From contig CM074806.1 of NCBI GenBank assembly GCA_037447605.1, positions 2,108,001-2,172,000 of the forward strand: DNA of 64,000 nucleotides, in the 5' to 3' direction. The DNA is from Zygnema circumcarinatum SAG 698-1b. Its lineage: Eukaryota > Plantae > Zygnematophyceae. Below, one piece after another: positions 11,671 through 22,918 of the stretch. Both the position numbers and the translations under genes were made by a program. Numbering within the stretch: the stretch's first letter is position 1; each line of letters starts with the position of its first letter. The notes under the pieces were generated by a model. The model had not been told where the DNA came from. It saw nothing but the letters and a program-made list of their open reading frames with translations, and did no database searches.

Positions 11671-12417
11671 GGCTGCTGTATGGGGAGCAAGAAAACTTGA
11701 AGAGAAAATGCAGGAGTGTTGAAGGCGAGAGAGTGCAGCTCGAGATGCCCTAACGCGCAGCGCCCCTTCTGGAAGGCCCCCTACGCCTCTTAGCCTACGT
11801 ACGGTGACGTCATCAAGTGCCCCTACTACTGCGAAAGTGCGAACTGGCTGTCGTCGCGACCATAGAACGTGCTACAAAATGTATCGTATCGTGTCGTATC
11901 GTGTGCAGTATCGAAAAGGCTCCCGCTTTCGCTGCCGCATGTCGGCGTGCAGTGAACCACACGGCACCACGGGTGGCAGCTTCCTAGGTCCTGTCTAGTT
12001 TGTTCCAGCGGCCAACGTCTTTCGTACTAATTCATTCTGCGTTTCACTGTGCCATAAATAACCAGCAGAGCCTTTTTCACTACTGTAAGCAAGGTCTTCA
12101 ACGGTTGTCAAATTGAACAAGTTTCCCAAGACTTGGCCTCCCACTACTAACCTGTCTTCCTTATTCAACGTTGATCGTTGCATGTGAGCTGGACGTCCAC
12201 GTGCTAAGCATGCAAATCCACAATGCTTTGAAGGGTGACAGGAGGCATCGGCCGGAGGCATACTTTGGCAATATCGAGCGGCACAGATAATTGTAATGAA
12301 CTACACTGATTGCGGCGAACAAAAATTCCTCGGCACATTCCCTGGACCTAGCGTTGTTGATTCACAAGCTCAGACAGACGCCATAAACTGCACAGACTAA
12401 CGCCCATAACCCTAATG

Positions 12418-15400
12418 CTACTCTGTGAAGTTCGGTTTATCCACATCCACCTCACCCATTCCCGTATCCTCCTCCTCTTCACTGTCCGCATCCCCATCCA
12501 CTTCCTTGTTCTCCAAATCCAACTTCTCAATCAGCTTGCTTAACATCCTGTCATCATTTTCGCTCACCTGCAGCACATCATGCCACGTATTTGTGTCAAG
12601 TGTTGCACTATTGCAGGTCGAGCAAAATCCTGAATGGGCCTTACAGTCATCACAGTTCTGATTCTACTTTTTGCAAGATAGTAAAGCCAATAAAGACTGC
12701 CACAAGCGATACACAAAAATGAGACGCCCAGAAGGTCTTTCATTTTCAATGTCACATTCAACAATGCCACTGGTGCAAGAAAAGTGAAGAAAATGTTTCT
12801 TACCGCTCGTGGCTCCTCCTTCACCAACAACTTGCCCTTATGCTGGTCGATCTCAATTCGGCACGCATCAATTGCTTTTTTAAGGACTTCGATGCCAAGT
12901 TCCTGCAGTCGTCCATTGCAACTTGTCACTTGCCATCTTCCACATGCATACGCTCTTCAGAAACAAGTCAACACATGACAAAAGCATGGCACAGAGCTGC
13001 GCCTGTCTCATTTGCCATCCCGCTCTTTGCTCCCAATCGGCAATCTGGAAGCACTCTATGCTCCATCCCTGCTTTGTCCTCCAGAACCACTTTCGCACTG
13101 GTCCAGCTATCTGAAAGTAGGCAACCATCCACTCTTCCTTCTTGCCCCACCGGTTCTTGCACTACCCCAAAAAGCTCACAAAGGGAGTCCAGGGCCCCAC
13201 CTTATCAAGTGTTTGCGTAGTCAGCACATACAGGGGCGGTGCCACCAGCTTTATCTTCACCGGGCACTCATCTATGCCTGCTTGCTCTGCTTTTCTCATG
13301 GCATCCTGCGACATCACAGAAAGTCATCTTAGATATGTGATAACGAGCAAGAATAAAGAATAACTGCATTGACAACAACAGGATGGGCTCTATTGAACAC
13401 TGCTATCCGTGTACAGAGGAAGGATAGATATATTGCTGAACTTATGTGCCCTACAGAAATGCTATGTGGCACAGCTGCCAGCAGACTGTGCTTGGTTCAC
13501 ACCTATAGAGTGGATATGGAGCTGAGGCGCAACGTGATGCAATGTGATGATGACGTCACATTGGCTAGACTTTCCACAACACCTATAAACAAAAATCGCC
13601 TAGAGAAACCATTCGTAGTTGTTGAAACGCTTTTCCTCCCTCAATGAACCACCCTCCCTTAAACCACCAGAAAGTCATCCGAGGAATAATCACAAAACAA
13701 TGTGGACCCTCGTTTTGTTGTACTAACTTTAATATGAAGTACACCGTCATATTGAAAACATTTCAGTTCAATATCAGCTCGGATCTTCAGTGGTTGTGGC
13801 GTCATTCTCCTTCGAATGTTCTTCACCAAGGCATCCTTCACCCCTTCATTTAAAGCGGGAACCGTAGTAGTTATCTGTTCCCATCCATCACCATATAAAT
13901 TAGCCAACACTTCTAACCCCATCGTGGCATGTGCCATGGCAACCGGCTCAACTTCCTCCGATCCAAAAGAATCAGAATGGAGAAAATCGAGAGAAGAGAC
14001 TACCAAAGGTACTAGCAGACGAGGAAGTAACTTCAGCTAGGGGACCACCTCATTGCGGAAGAGATATCTAGAGGCTGCTTTCTGCATGAAGACTTCTGTC
14101 CATGCATTAAGGTGAAAATGAGTGTATGCCTAGTGGCTTGAAAAATGTAGTGTCCAGCTATTCGCCTACAAGAACCCTTGAGCAACGAGGAAAGACAGTA
14201 ATGCTTTACCTCTTGCCCATCAGGTCCAACCTCCTTTACTTCCCGAGTAAGTGAATCCAAAACCGCATTTGGATCTGCTACTATTTGCTTGAAAGCCTGC
14301 CATGTAGCACCACTACGACAAAGTTATGATCCACAGAAGCAGTAAGATCCAGAATAAACAGACTCAGAATGCCCGACTTTTTTTCCTTTTTCAAGCAAAT
14401 ACAAACTTCCTACTCTCAAAAAGTTACAGGAAAGCTCAATCTCCTACGAACCCTAAGGTGAGCCCTTGTTAGCCAACTTCCGACTGTGCTTCTATCAACT
14501 GTATAGGGATTGGATAACAAGCAATAGATGACGCAATCATGATTGCAAATATCTGAACAAAGTCATAGCCTGCTCCAATTGACCTAAATTGGATTACCTG
14601 AAGTCTATCAGAGCCTTGCAAATAGTTGACTCTCGGTATCGCCTCATACCTCAAAAGCATGTCCATACTTCTTGTAGAGAGGCCATGCTACATGCAGGTA
14701 AAGGTCCTGCGTGATAGGAAGCCAGCAGACACAGACGGCACAAACTTAAATACAAACATGAAATGTACGAAATGAATCACCTTACTTTGCAATGAAGAAA
14801 AAAGAGGTCTGATATGTATAAGTCTGAAAAGCATATCAAATTTCATAATGACCTGAACATACAGCCCTTGTTCAAAAAGAGTGACCCCGAATGGAATGTC
14901 CCAAACTTTAGCGCCTTAAGTGCATAATCTATTTTTCCAAAGGAGGGCCAAACGAGGGGTGTTCATGCACGTAAGGAAGAAGTTCTTCAATCAGTCCATG
15001 CTTTAGGCTTTCTGGTTTGATTTGTCCTTAAGATTTTTGCTTATTTGGCAGGTACTGGCACATTAGGAGGGTGATTATGGAAGGTCAGGTTTAAGCACTT
15101 TCTTGTGACAAGTAATATTTTTTCAACTTGCATTTGATGTGGCTGATCATCTGACACATACATTGTCCAAATTTAGACGAAAACTAAGTGCCTAATGCAA
15201 ACTATGTGATTTCACAGCCTGTTTGCCCCCTTTAAAAATAGCAGGTATTAAATTTTAATAAAAACCTGCTTTACGCTCTTCTTAACGTAAAATTACAAGC
15301 TTCAAGCAATTAATTTGAGCCGTTCATCCAGGTGTGCACCTCCACTTTGCATTCACTGAGCTCGCTTATCTTGCTACACAAAGAAAGCAAACAAAGGAGT

Positions 15401-15908
15401 ATGAGGGGCTTCCCTGAACCTGCCCCTGTCCTACCCTCTCGGCCTATCAAGCTCTTTCTTTCAGACTTCTGACTAGTCTCCCAAGCCCGTGCCTATAATC
15501 CAACAATTTTAGAAGAGAGAGTCTCGCATGACACACCTCAAGATCGACGTCCATGGTCTCCGCCACGTGGCGCATGATGCTGTGAACCATTTTCGACTTA
15601 TTGTAACGCTCCTCGCAGCCAGCTACATCTTCCTCTGAAACGCGTCGCTTTGATAAGTCGATGTACCCTTTCTGCTTGTCCACACGAACGACCATAACGG
15701 GCTCTTGCCGTCCTACCTTAATCAGACTGGAAATTGATCGAATACGGCGGCGAGAAAGCTCGGAAAGCAGAATCATGCCTTCAATATTATTGTATTCCAA
15801 AAGTGAGACATAAGCACCCATCTCTGCAATGTTCTTCACCTGCACCATAACTACATCATCCACCTCCGGATACTTCTGCTCGTACATCCGACAGTCCGTG
15901 GGCGGCAT
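12418..15908 (-). CDS. eIF2alpha: Eukaryotic translation initiation factor 2 alpha; exons 15908-15537, 14706-14650, 14296-14210, 13874-13728, 13305-13201, 12902-12804, 12567-12418 (338 aa)
   Basis: S1 domain [51 protein letters not shown] with the conserved phosphorylatable Ser, plus [15 protein letters not shown] and [10 protein letters not shown]. Seven phase-0 GT-AG exons sum to 1017 nt. Confidence 0.98.
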
Positions 15909-17146
15909 CTTGACCTAATTTACTAACAATTAAAGGACGACGTTTCCACTGGTACAGCCTCGGCTGCTCTCCTACCCCTGGCGGCAGCTGTCACTTAACG
16001 CCCTGATGTCTTGATAAAATGTCGCTAACTCTAAACTACACCGCAAGCACTGCTCTGGGTGAGTGTAAGCGAACGCCCAATGCTGTACTGACTTGCAGCG
16101 TGATTTTCAGATAATTAAGTTCACTACTCTGCCTCAAAAGAACACTCGTCTGGCAACGGCAGAGAAGTAGAGTAGTACAGTTTCAGCGTTTCAGGAAATT
16201 CAAAGCGCTGAGCCTGGCAGTCCAGCGACAAGCTGCAGCGAGAGAGCGAAACGAAACCCCACCCCTCTGAGCGCGGCTACAAACCCCTCCCTGCCTGCGC
16301 CCTAGGTCGCCCCCTCCCTTCGCCCGAACCCTCCCTCCAGCAGCGCAGGATGGTGCTCCCTCGACCCTGGCGCTCGGGAGCAAAATTGACGTTGGACAGC
16401 GGCCGCGGCTCTGGTACCGTACCGAACTGGGGCGTGGTTTGGCGCCCTTGGGATGAGATGGCTCATGCCATCATGTAACTTGGTCCTGCCGAGTACCGCA
16501 TCCGGGAGGCGCCTCCTAGTCCTAGGGCTGTTTGGATGGGCGACGCCATCGGCATGTGGGAGCTACCCCCTCCCTAGGATGCATGTCAACGGGATCGGTT
16601 CGATTGTGTGTGGGAAGGTTTGGCGATGTGAATAGCTTATGGGAACTTGTGTTGCTAAGCACGTTAAATGCTAGAAGCAACGAGAACCATCTATGGTTTT
16701 ACATGGTTGAAACATTTGCAACTTCCAATTGTTGTTTATGCTTAAAATTGAATATGATGGTTCGAGCGATTTGCTTCCTAGGTGTGTTGACTTCCTGATT
16801 GTCCCTTATCACCTAAACACAACTCGTATTCAAGGCTTGTTAATCAGTGAAAGGAAAACTATCTATTCTGGGGGACTAATTGGAATAGAAGGTTAACGTG
16901 TGACAGCCATTTTTTAACTTAAAAACCCTAAGAACTGCACGAATGCAGAAATTGCGGCTTCTAGTAGTTCAAGAAAACAACGAGGATGTCTTCTCGTGAC
17001 AACTGAATCAGTTGAACGTGCAGCATGACACTTGCATATCAATGATTGAGAGGGAGCAAAGGACGACCGAAGTCCCTCCTTTTATAAGCTCAAAATTTTC
17101 TCTTGGGCTTATAAAAGTCACGCCAAAAACCTTAAAACACAATGGG

Positions 17147-17265
17147 TGTTTGAGTGCTTTTTCTTTTTGTCCTTAAATGCTTTGAGACCTATTCCTCGTG
17201 GTTCCCCCATGATGATTTTGTCCATATACATTTGATGGCATCGCCATGCATGAGATCAATGCCAT
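17147..17265 (+). repeat. Dispersed unidentified repeat, copy a (core CCTCGTGGTTCCCCATG...TTTGATGGC...GAGATCAATGCC)
   Basis: Homologous by eye to 18040-18140, 20710-20840, 39490-39655 and 61322-61440. Confidence 0.8.
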
Positions 17266-17670
17266 ATCTTATTTCTTATTTCATCCGTGTTTTTTCCCTT
17301 AAAACACATACAGTTGGGGGTCCTCATATTTTCCACCCTATTCAGTGCATTCCCCAGAAATTCGCCCTGATTTTGCCGAAACCACTTTTTGGTACGGTTA
17401 CTATGGTGGGGGGTCCTCGTATTTACCACCCTAAGGAGTGCGTCCTCAATATTTTCGCCCCGATTTTGCCGAAACCACCTTTTTGTACGGTAACTTGTGT
17501 TAGCCGTACTATTCGTACTACAGGGGGTCCTCGTCATATTTTCCACCTTCAACAGTGCGTCACCAATAAATTCGCACTGATTTTGCCGAAACCACCTTTT
17601 TGTACGGTAACTTCGTGTTAGCCGTACTATTCGTACTATCCGTACCCTAAAAACCCTAAAACCCTAAAAA

Positions 17671-18563
17671 GGATAACTCTACTGCACCCCCGCGTTTTGT
17701 CTTTCGCACCCCCGTTTTGAAAATTTTGCCTGCCCGTTTTGGTTACCCCCCAGTTTGAATATTTCGGGAAAAAATCTTTTTCCCGCCCCTTTCGTCCTCT
17801 CCTCTGGTTCCTGTTGCGAAACGCTATATAGTTAAATGTATGGTCGACTATTTATGTCCGCGGTTGCTTTTTAAAGGTAAAGTTTATGGGTTGGTATTCG
17901 GAGAGTACCGAGTTCGGACCTTATAGGAAGCCTGCTTGTTTCATTCCCCCTCCCTTCATAGTTTTTTGGACATTCCATCCCCTCGTTTTCTCCTTTTCAC
18001 TATTGACTTCCAACAATGTGCGACAAAAGAAAAGGGGATTTGCATTGGTCTCAAGATGGTGAGGCCATCAAATAAACATGGACAAAGTCAACATGGGAAC
18101 CACAAGAAATTAGTCGCAAATGAAACAAGAACAAAAAAAAAAAACCTAGGAACAAAAAACTAAACTAAACTAAGCTTAAGTACAAAAACGCAACTGCAAA
18201 GGTCACCAATGTTGGGCAACTGTTACTCTCTGTTTTCAGGTTACCCCTAATTAAGGCAAGATCTTAAATTGTGGCCTGCTTGCTTGCAATTGGAACATTT
18301 TTTCCCTTCAACGTACTCGAAATAGCTCTTGTCCCGGCTGATTGCCAAACTGCGCGCGCCAGAAGGTCGACCTCGTTCCTTCATAACCGGGTGAGGGTTT
18401 TGCAACCGCAATGGTTCGAGGGGGGGCAGCGGAGGGGACGAAAGGGGCGGGAAAAAGATTTTTTCCCGAAATATTCAAAACTGGGGGGTAACCAAAACGG
18501 GCAGGCAAAATTTTCAAAACGGGGGTGCGAAAGACAAAACGCGGGGGTGCAGTAGAGTTACCC
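17671..18563. mobile_element. Mutator-like (MULE) non-autonomous element, 893 bp
   Basis: ~127-bp near-perfect TIRs (GGATAACTCTACTGCACCCCCGCG... / ...CGCGGGGGTGCAGTAGAGTTACCC) and a perfect 9-bp TSD CCCTAAAAA at 17662-17670 and 18564-18572. Long TIRs starting with G plus a 9-bp TSD are Mutator hallmarks. Confidence 0.93.
18040..18140 (-). repeat. Dispersed unidentified repeat, copy b (inside the MULE)
   Basis: GCATTGGTCTCAAGATGGTGAGGCCATCAAAT...CATGGGAACCACAAGAAATTAGTCGCAAA matches the reverse complement of the core. Confidence 0.75.
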
Positions 18564-19055
18564 CCCTAAAAACCCTGAAACCCGTACTATTCGTACTAAA
18601 CGTACTACGTACGCCGTTACGGGCTTACGCACAACTCACCTAATCTCCCCGCACGTGCCGCCGTAAGAGGCGCTCTCTCTTCTCCCCGTTCTTCTTGGCT
18701 TCGATACGATACGATACGATACGATACGATACTCTCCAATACGGCACTATCCGTATTTGCCGTACGAGCTGTAGTAGCCGTCAGCCACCATAGTGCCAGT
18801 TGTCACGATACGATACGGTACGATGCGGTACGATATGACAAAAAACATACAATACGATACGTACGAATATACATGAACACTAACATAAATCCGCTCGCCT
18901 ATTAGTAACACGGACCTTCTATTTGCCAGAAACAATATTTTCGCCCGGTATTTGCCGAAACCAGGTGGAAAATATGACGAGGACCCTGTAGCGTAACGGA
19001 GCTGCGCTCGACGGATCCGCGTCCGTTCAGTTGTACTTGACATATTCCTATTCAG

Positions 19056-19562
19056 TGTCACGGACCGGCATGATCCAGGAATTGCCGACGGAAAATGCGA
19101 GACGGCGGCGCCATGTGTTGGCGGCCCACGGAACAGCACACCATCCAGCTAGGCGCACTCGGAAGCGCCGCAAAATGCCGCCGATTGTCATCAGTTGACC
19201 TATCCGAAGGCTCCACGCAGTCAGTCAGGCCACTCACTGGGCAATTGGCCAATCAGGGACTGTCACTGCTAAGGCTCAAGATATATTGTCAGTGCTAAGT
19301 AGATGGGATGTCAGTGATGCTTGTTTGTCTTTTAGTGCTGGGCTTAGTATTTGTATTTGCTGTGTGGTTTGTTGTCTTGTTCTTCTCTTCTTCCTCTTCA
19401 GTTCCAGCAACAGATGCTAAGTGTGAGAGAGAGAGAGAGTTCCATGCCATAGATAGAGAGAGAGAGAGAGAGAAAGAGTCTTCTTGCTGATAGCATTTAG
19501 ACGTCCCATTCAGCCCAGCCAGACAAAGATTTCAGTGAGAAGATACTTTCATTGTAATGACA
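19056..19562 (+). mobile_element. Possible LTR (TGTCA...TGACA) followed by a leader and a truncated MITRSLAKRL ORF (19699-~20000)
   Basis: Inverted TGTCA/TGACA ends 507 bp apart, an internal GA tract, and a downstream ORF starting MITRS. There is no second LTR, TSD or tRNA-type PBS. Confidence 0.3.
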
Positions 19563-20448
19563 ATCCCCAGCCAACCGCTGGCTGGGGTGACTTTCCAAAA
19601 TACAACCTTTATCTAAGTTGAGTCCTGTTTTCCCTTTGCTGTCACTATGCCAAGCTACCATCTTGTTCTATCCTGCCTTACATTCCTCCCAATGACCAAT
19701 GATAACTAGAAGCCTAGCTAAGAGACTAGCCGAGGAGAGGACAGGGGAGGAGAGCCCCCAAGGCAGGGCTCTTTGCGCATCGGGTCCAGCCACCGGTGGG
19801 AACATCTTCAGGATCCCTACGTCTTCCGCTGCGCGTACCTCTGAATCTCCCGGATCCTGGCTCTATGCTGCAGGCAGACCCACAGAACCAACCCAACCCT
19901 TCATCAGATTCAGCACGGACGCGCGAGTGGCCGTACAGCACCTGCAACTAGCTCAGCAGTCACCTTTTAACCCCACTTATCTTGTGCTACAACCCCCTGT
20001 ACAGTATTCGTACTGTTCGTACGTTTCGTACTGCCAGTACTATCTGTACTAGCCGTTACGTGCTTACGCAAAACTAACCTAATCTCCCCGCTCGTGCCGC
20101 CGTAAGAGGCGCTCGCTCTTCTCCCCGTCTTCTTGACTTCGATACGATACGATACGATACGATACGCCAACTACGCTTATGCGTCACGATATGTCACGAT
20201 ACGATACGATGTTAAATGATATAGTACGATACGGTACGATATGGTACGGTACGAAACGGTACGATATGGCACGATACGATACGTACGGTCCAACATGAAC
20301 TCTAACATAATACCGCCCGTCTATTCGTAACACGAACCTTATATATGCAAAATTAATATTTTCGCCTCATATTGGCTGGAACCAGGGTGGAAAATATGAC
20401 CCCCTACTGTAGCCGTACCATTCGTACCATTCGTACTATCCGTACTTT

Positions 20449-20474
20449 ACTACAGTACAGTACTGTACTGTAGT
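20449..20474. other. Perfect 26-bp palindrome ACTACAGTACAGTACTGTACTGTAGT (TA-CAG-TA-CAG-TA-CTG-TA-CTG-TA)
   Basis: Read directly; it is self-complementary. Confidence 0.95.
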
Positions 20475-20709
20475 CATACAAGCCGTACTAGCCGTACTAG
20501 CCGTACTTGCTGTACTAGCCGTTACGGGCTTAAGCAAAACTCACCGAATCTTCCCGCCCGTGCCGCCGTAAGAGGCGCTCGCTCCTCTCCCCTTCTTCTT
20601 GGCTTCGATACGATACGACACGATACGATACTTTACGATACGGTACGACATGAAACTGTTCATGCAAAAAACTGCAAAACTGTTGTTTGCCACTTTGAAG
20701 AGAATGAAA

Positions 20710-21190
20710 GTGGCATTGATCTCACGCTGGCGAGGCCATCAAAATGTACATGGACACAATCAGCATGGGGAACCACGAGGAACTGGTCGCAAAGGACATA
20801 AGGACAAAAGAAACAAGCGAGGAGCGGAAAGCTCAACAACGCTTCAAGCCCTCCCTCGAAGTAGCCGCGCAGGTCGCCGATGTGCGACACATCGCACGGA
20901 GGGTGGGAGGGAGGGAGCGGCGGAAGGCCATCGACAAGGCCACCAACAACGGCGGCTTCACGCCGGAGCGTGAAGGCGAGGAGGACGGCAACGCTGAAGG
21001 GCGACGGGAATGCGCTGGCGATAAAAAGTAGCGAGGATCGGCGGAGGAGGAGAGGAGGGCTTCCTTCCTTCCCTCCGGGGCCGTGCGCGCATCGAGCGAT
21101 GGGCTTAGCACTGGCGATGGAAGGACGGCATCCGAACGGGCGTCGAGGCATTGTCAACCAAAAATCTCAACAGCCATAGGAACAAACTCG
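20710..21190 (-). repeat. Dispersed unidentified repeat, copy c (long form)
   Basis: The core at 20710-20840 matches the reverse complement of 39490-39655. The continuation 20850-21190 matches the reverse complement of ~38770-39060. Confidence 0.8.
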
Positions 21191-21203
21191 TCGGCCGCGT
21201 CTC

Positions 21204-21558
21204 GTCACGTCACGTCACGGTGGACATATGCGCGCTCCTTGTGAACTTGAAGCGGTTATAAAAGTCAAAACTCGCGTTTACCCTACGGCCACCCCTAAGG
21301 CCCTAGCCCCGCCCCTACGAGGCGGGCGGGCCTGGCTGGGGTTCAGCGCCGCCTGTACCGTACCGTACCCGGCCCGCCGGGCGTGCGTCAGTTCGCGTGA
21401 ATGTCGCGTTTGGATGACTCCTGCTTGCGGCGGCCAGCTCGCTGCCACGTGGCTACTGCCACGGTCAGCCGAGTTGCAGTGTGACGTGGCGGCACCCGAT
21501 TCGCGCGGCGGTCGCCTCGGCGAGCCACGTGACATGGTACGCGGGGCTGCCACGTGGC
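21204..21558 (+). promoter_or_regulatory. G-box/ABRE cluster in a GC-rich region upstream of the BCAT gene
   Basis: (GTCAC)3 at 21204, GCCACGTGGC at 21444 and 21549, GACGTGGC at 21483, CCACGTG at 21525. Confidence 0.55.
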
Positions 21559-22918
21559 CGCGCCTGTGAGCGCTTCCCCTGCAGCCCGCCCTGGCCCTGT
21601 CTGTTTGTCTGAGGGAAAGGTGCAAGGAGGGGGATCGGAGAGGAGGCGGGGCGGGCACTTCTCCCCCGCACACTGCGACTGCGGGAGGGCAGAGGGCAGA
21701 GGGCAGAGAGCGCTTGCAGATCTGCGAAACGGAGAAAGAGGTTGGCTGCTGGTGAGGTCGAGGTAGGTGCGCTGCTGCGGAAGGAGTTTGGGGCTGCGTC
21801 AAAAGGTAGTTGCTTGCTTTTTCTATCCTGAGTTGAATTTGTTCGGCATGCCTTGCTTCTTTTGTCAGGTGTACGTTCTGTGAATTTCTGATGATTTTTT
21901 TTTTTTGCCTCGCCTTCTCAGCTTCGTAGACCTAGGAAGGAAGTCGCAGATCAGGATTAAGTGCGGCAGAAGAGGAAAATGCACCACGAGTGTCAATGTA
22001 TTTGAGTGGTCACCTTGCCATGTTGTGTTTCTCCTACTCTTGCAATGATAACTGTCGCTTAGTAGACCGTAAGGCAGCAGTAGTATATCAATCCAAATTT
22101 TCTGTGATGTTAAAAACTAAAAGAATTCTGAAATGAAATTGACAACCGATGCTTAGGTGGTTTCTATAAATGGAACAGGGAATTATCCTGTTTTTTTTAT
22201 TTTCAATATTGGATGCATTCCATCTTTGTCCAATAACTTCTTTCAATGTTCTGCACGAGTGGCAATGTACACTAGAAACTGGTCTTGAATTATTTTGTAC
22301 TTTAGCGTTCTTCTGCAAGCATGGAAAATTTACAAATTTTAATTTCTTATGGTTGAATTCTTCTGTGCATTAGAGCTTTGGTTGTGAAGACATCATCTTC
22401 AAACCTTTTCGTTTTGCTTCTTGCTATATATAATAATGTTGAATGCATCCTTCCTGCATTCAACATTATTAATACTATTGGGACATAAAATCCTAGTTTA
22501 TAAGACGAAAGGCCGTAAATGCGAAATCGTACATTGCGGGGACGCGCGCTTAGGGCTAAGGATCATGCGCCCTCCCAGCCCTGTCTGTCACTGATTAACC
22601 ACTTGAAGCAAGCACAATATGGAGTATTGTGTCGTGGCCTTTTTTCTTTCCTGTTGTCTGTTCCATTGCTTTTAATAAATCCGCTTGTTTTGTAAGAAGG
22701 TAAGCGAATTGTTTTAAACGAACGGAAATGCGGAAGGCCTAGAGACTGTCCTCCAGTAAACCACTAGATCTTCGACTGGCTCAAACTATGCCGCAAACCA
22801 GCCTGTAAGCTGGTGTCTTCTCGTTTTGTTTTTCTCTGACTTATCGTGAGTTTGCACTAACAGCAAGCACCTCTGCCTGGTGGTGATTTGGTCTCCAGAA
22901 ATTGGTCGTCTTGTTTCA

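Larger units (their letters stand above)
17521..18988. mobile_element. Inner Tc1/mariner-like non-autonomous element of the same family
   Basis: TA|CAGGGGGTCCTCGTCATATTTTCCACCT ... AGGTGGAAAATATGACGAGGACCCTG|TA: ~27-bp TIR with a 2-G indel, and TA on both sides. Confidence 0.85.
17311..20409. mobile_element. Outer non-autonomous Tc1/mariner-like element (TA target duplication, CAGT termini) containing nested insertions
   Basis: Left end TA|CAGTTGGGGGTCCTCATATTTTCCACCC at 17311 pairs with right end GGGTGGAAAATATGACCCCCTACTG|TA at 20409. Internal (CGTACTA)n and (GATAC)n repeats; no transposase ORF seen. Confidence 0.7.
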
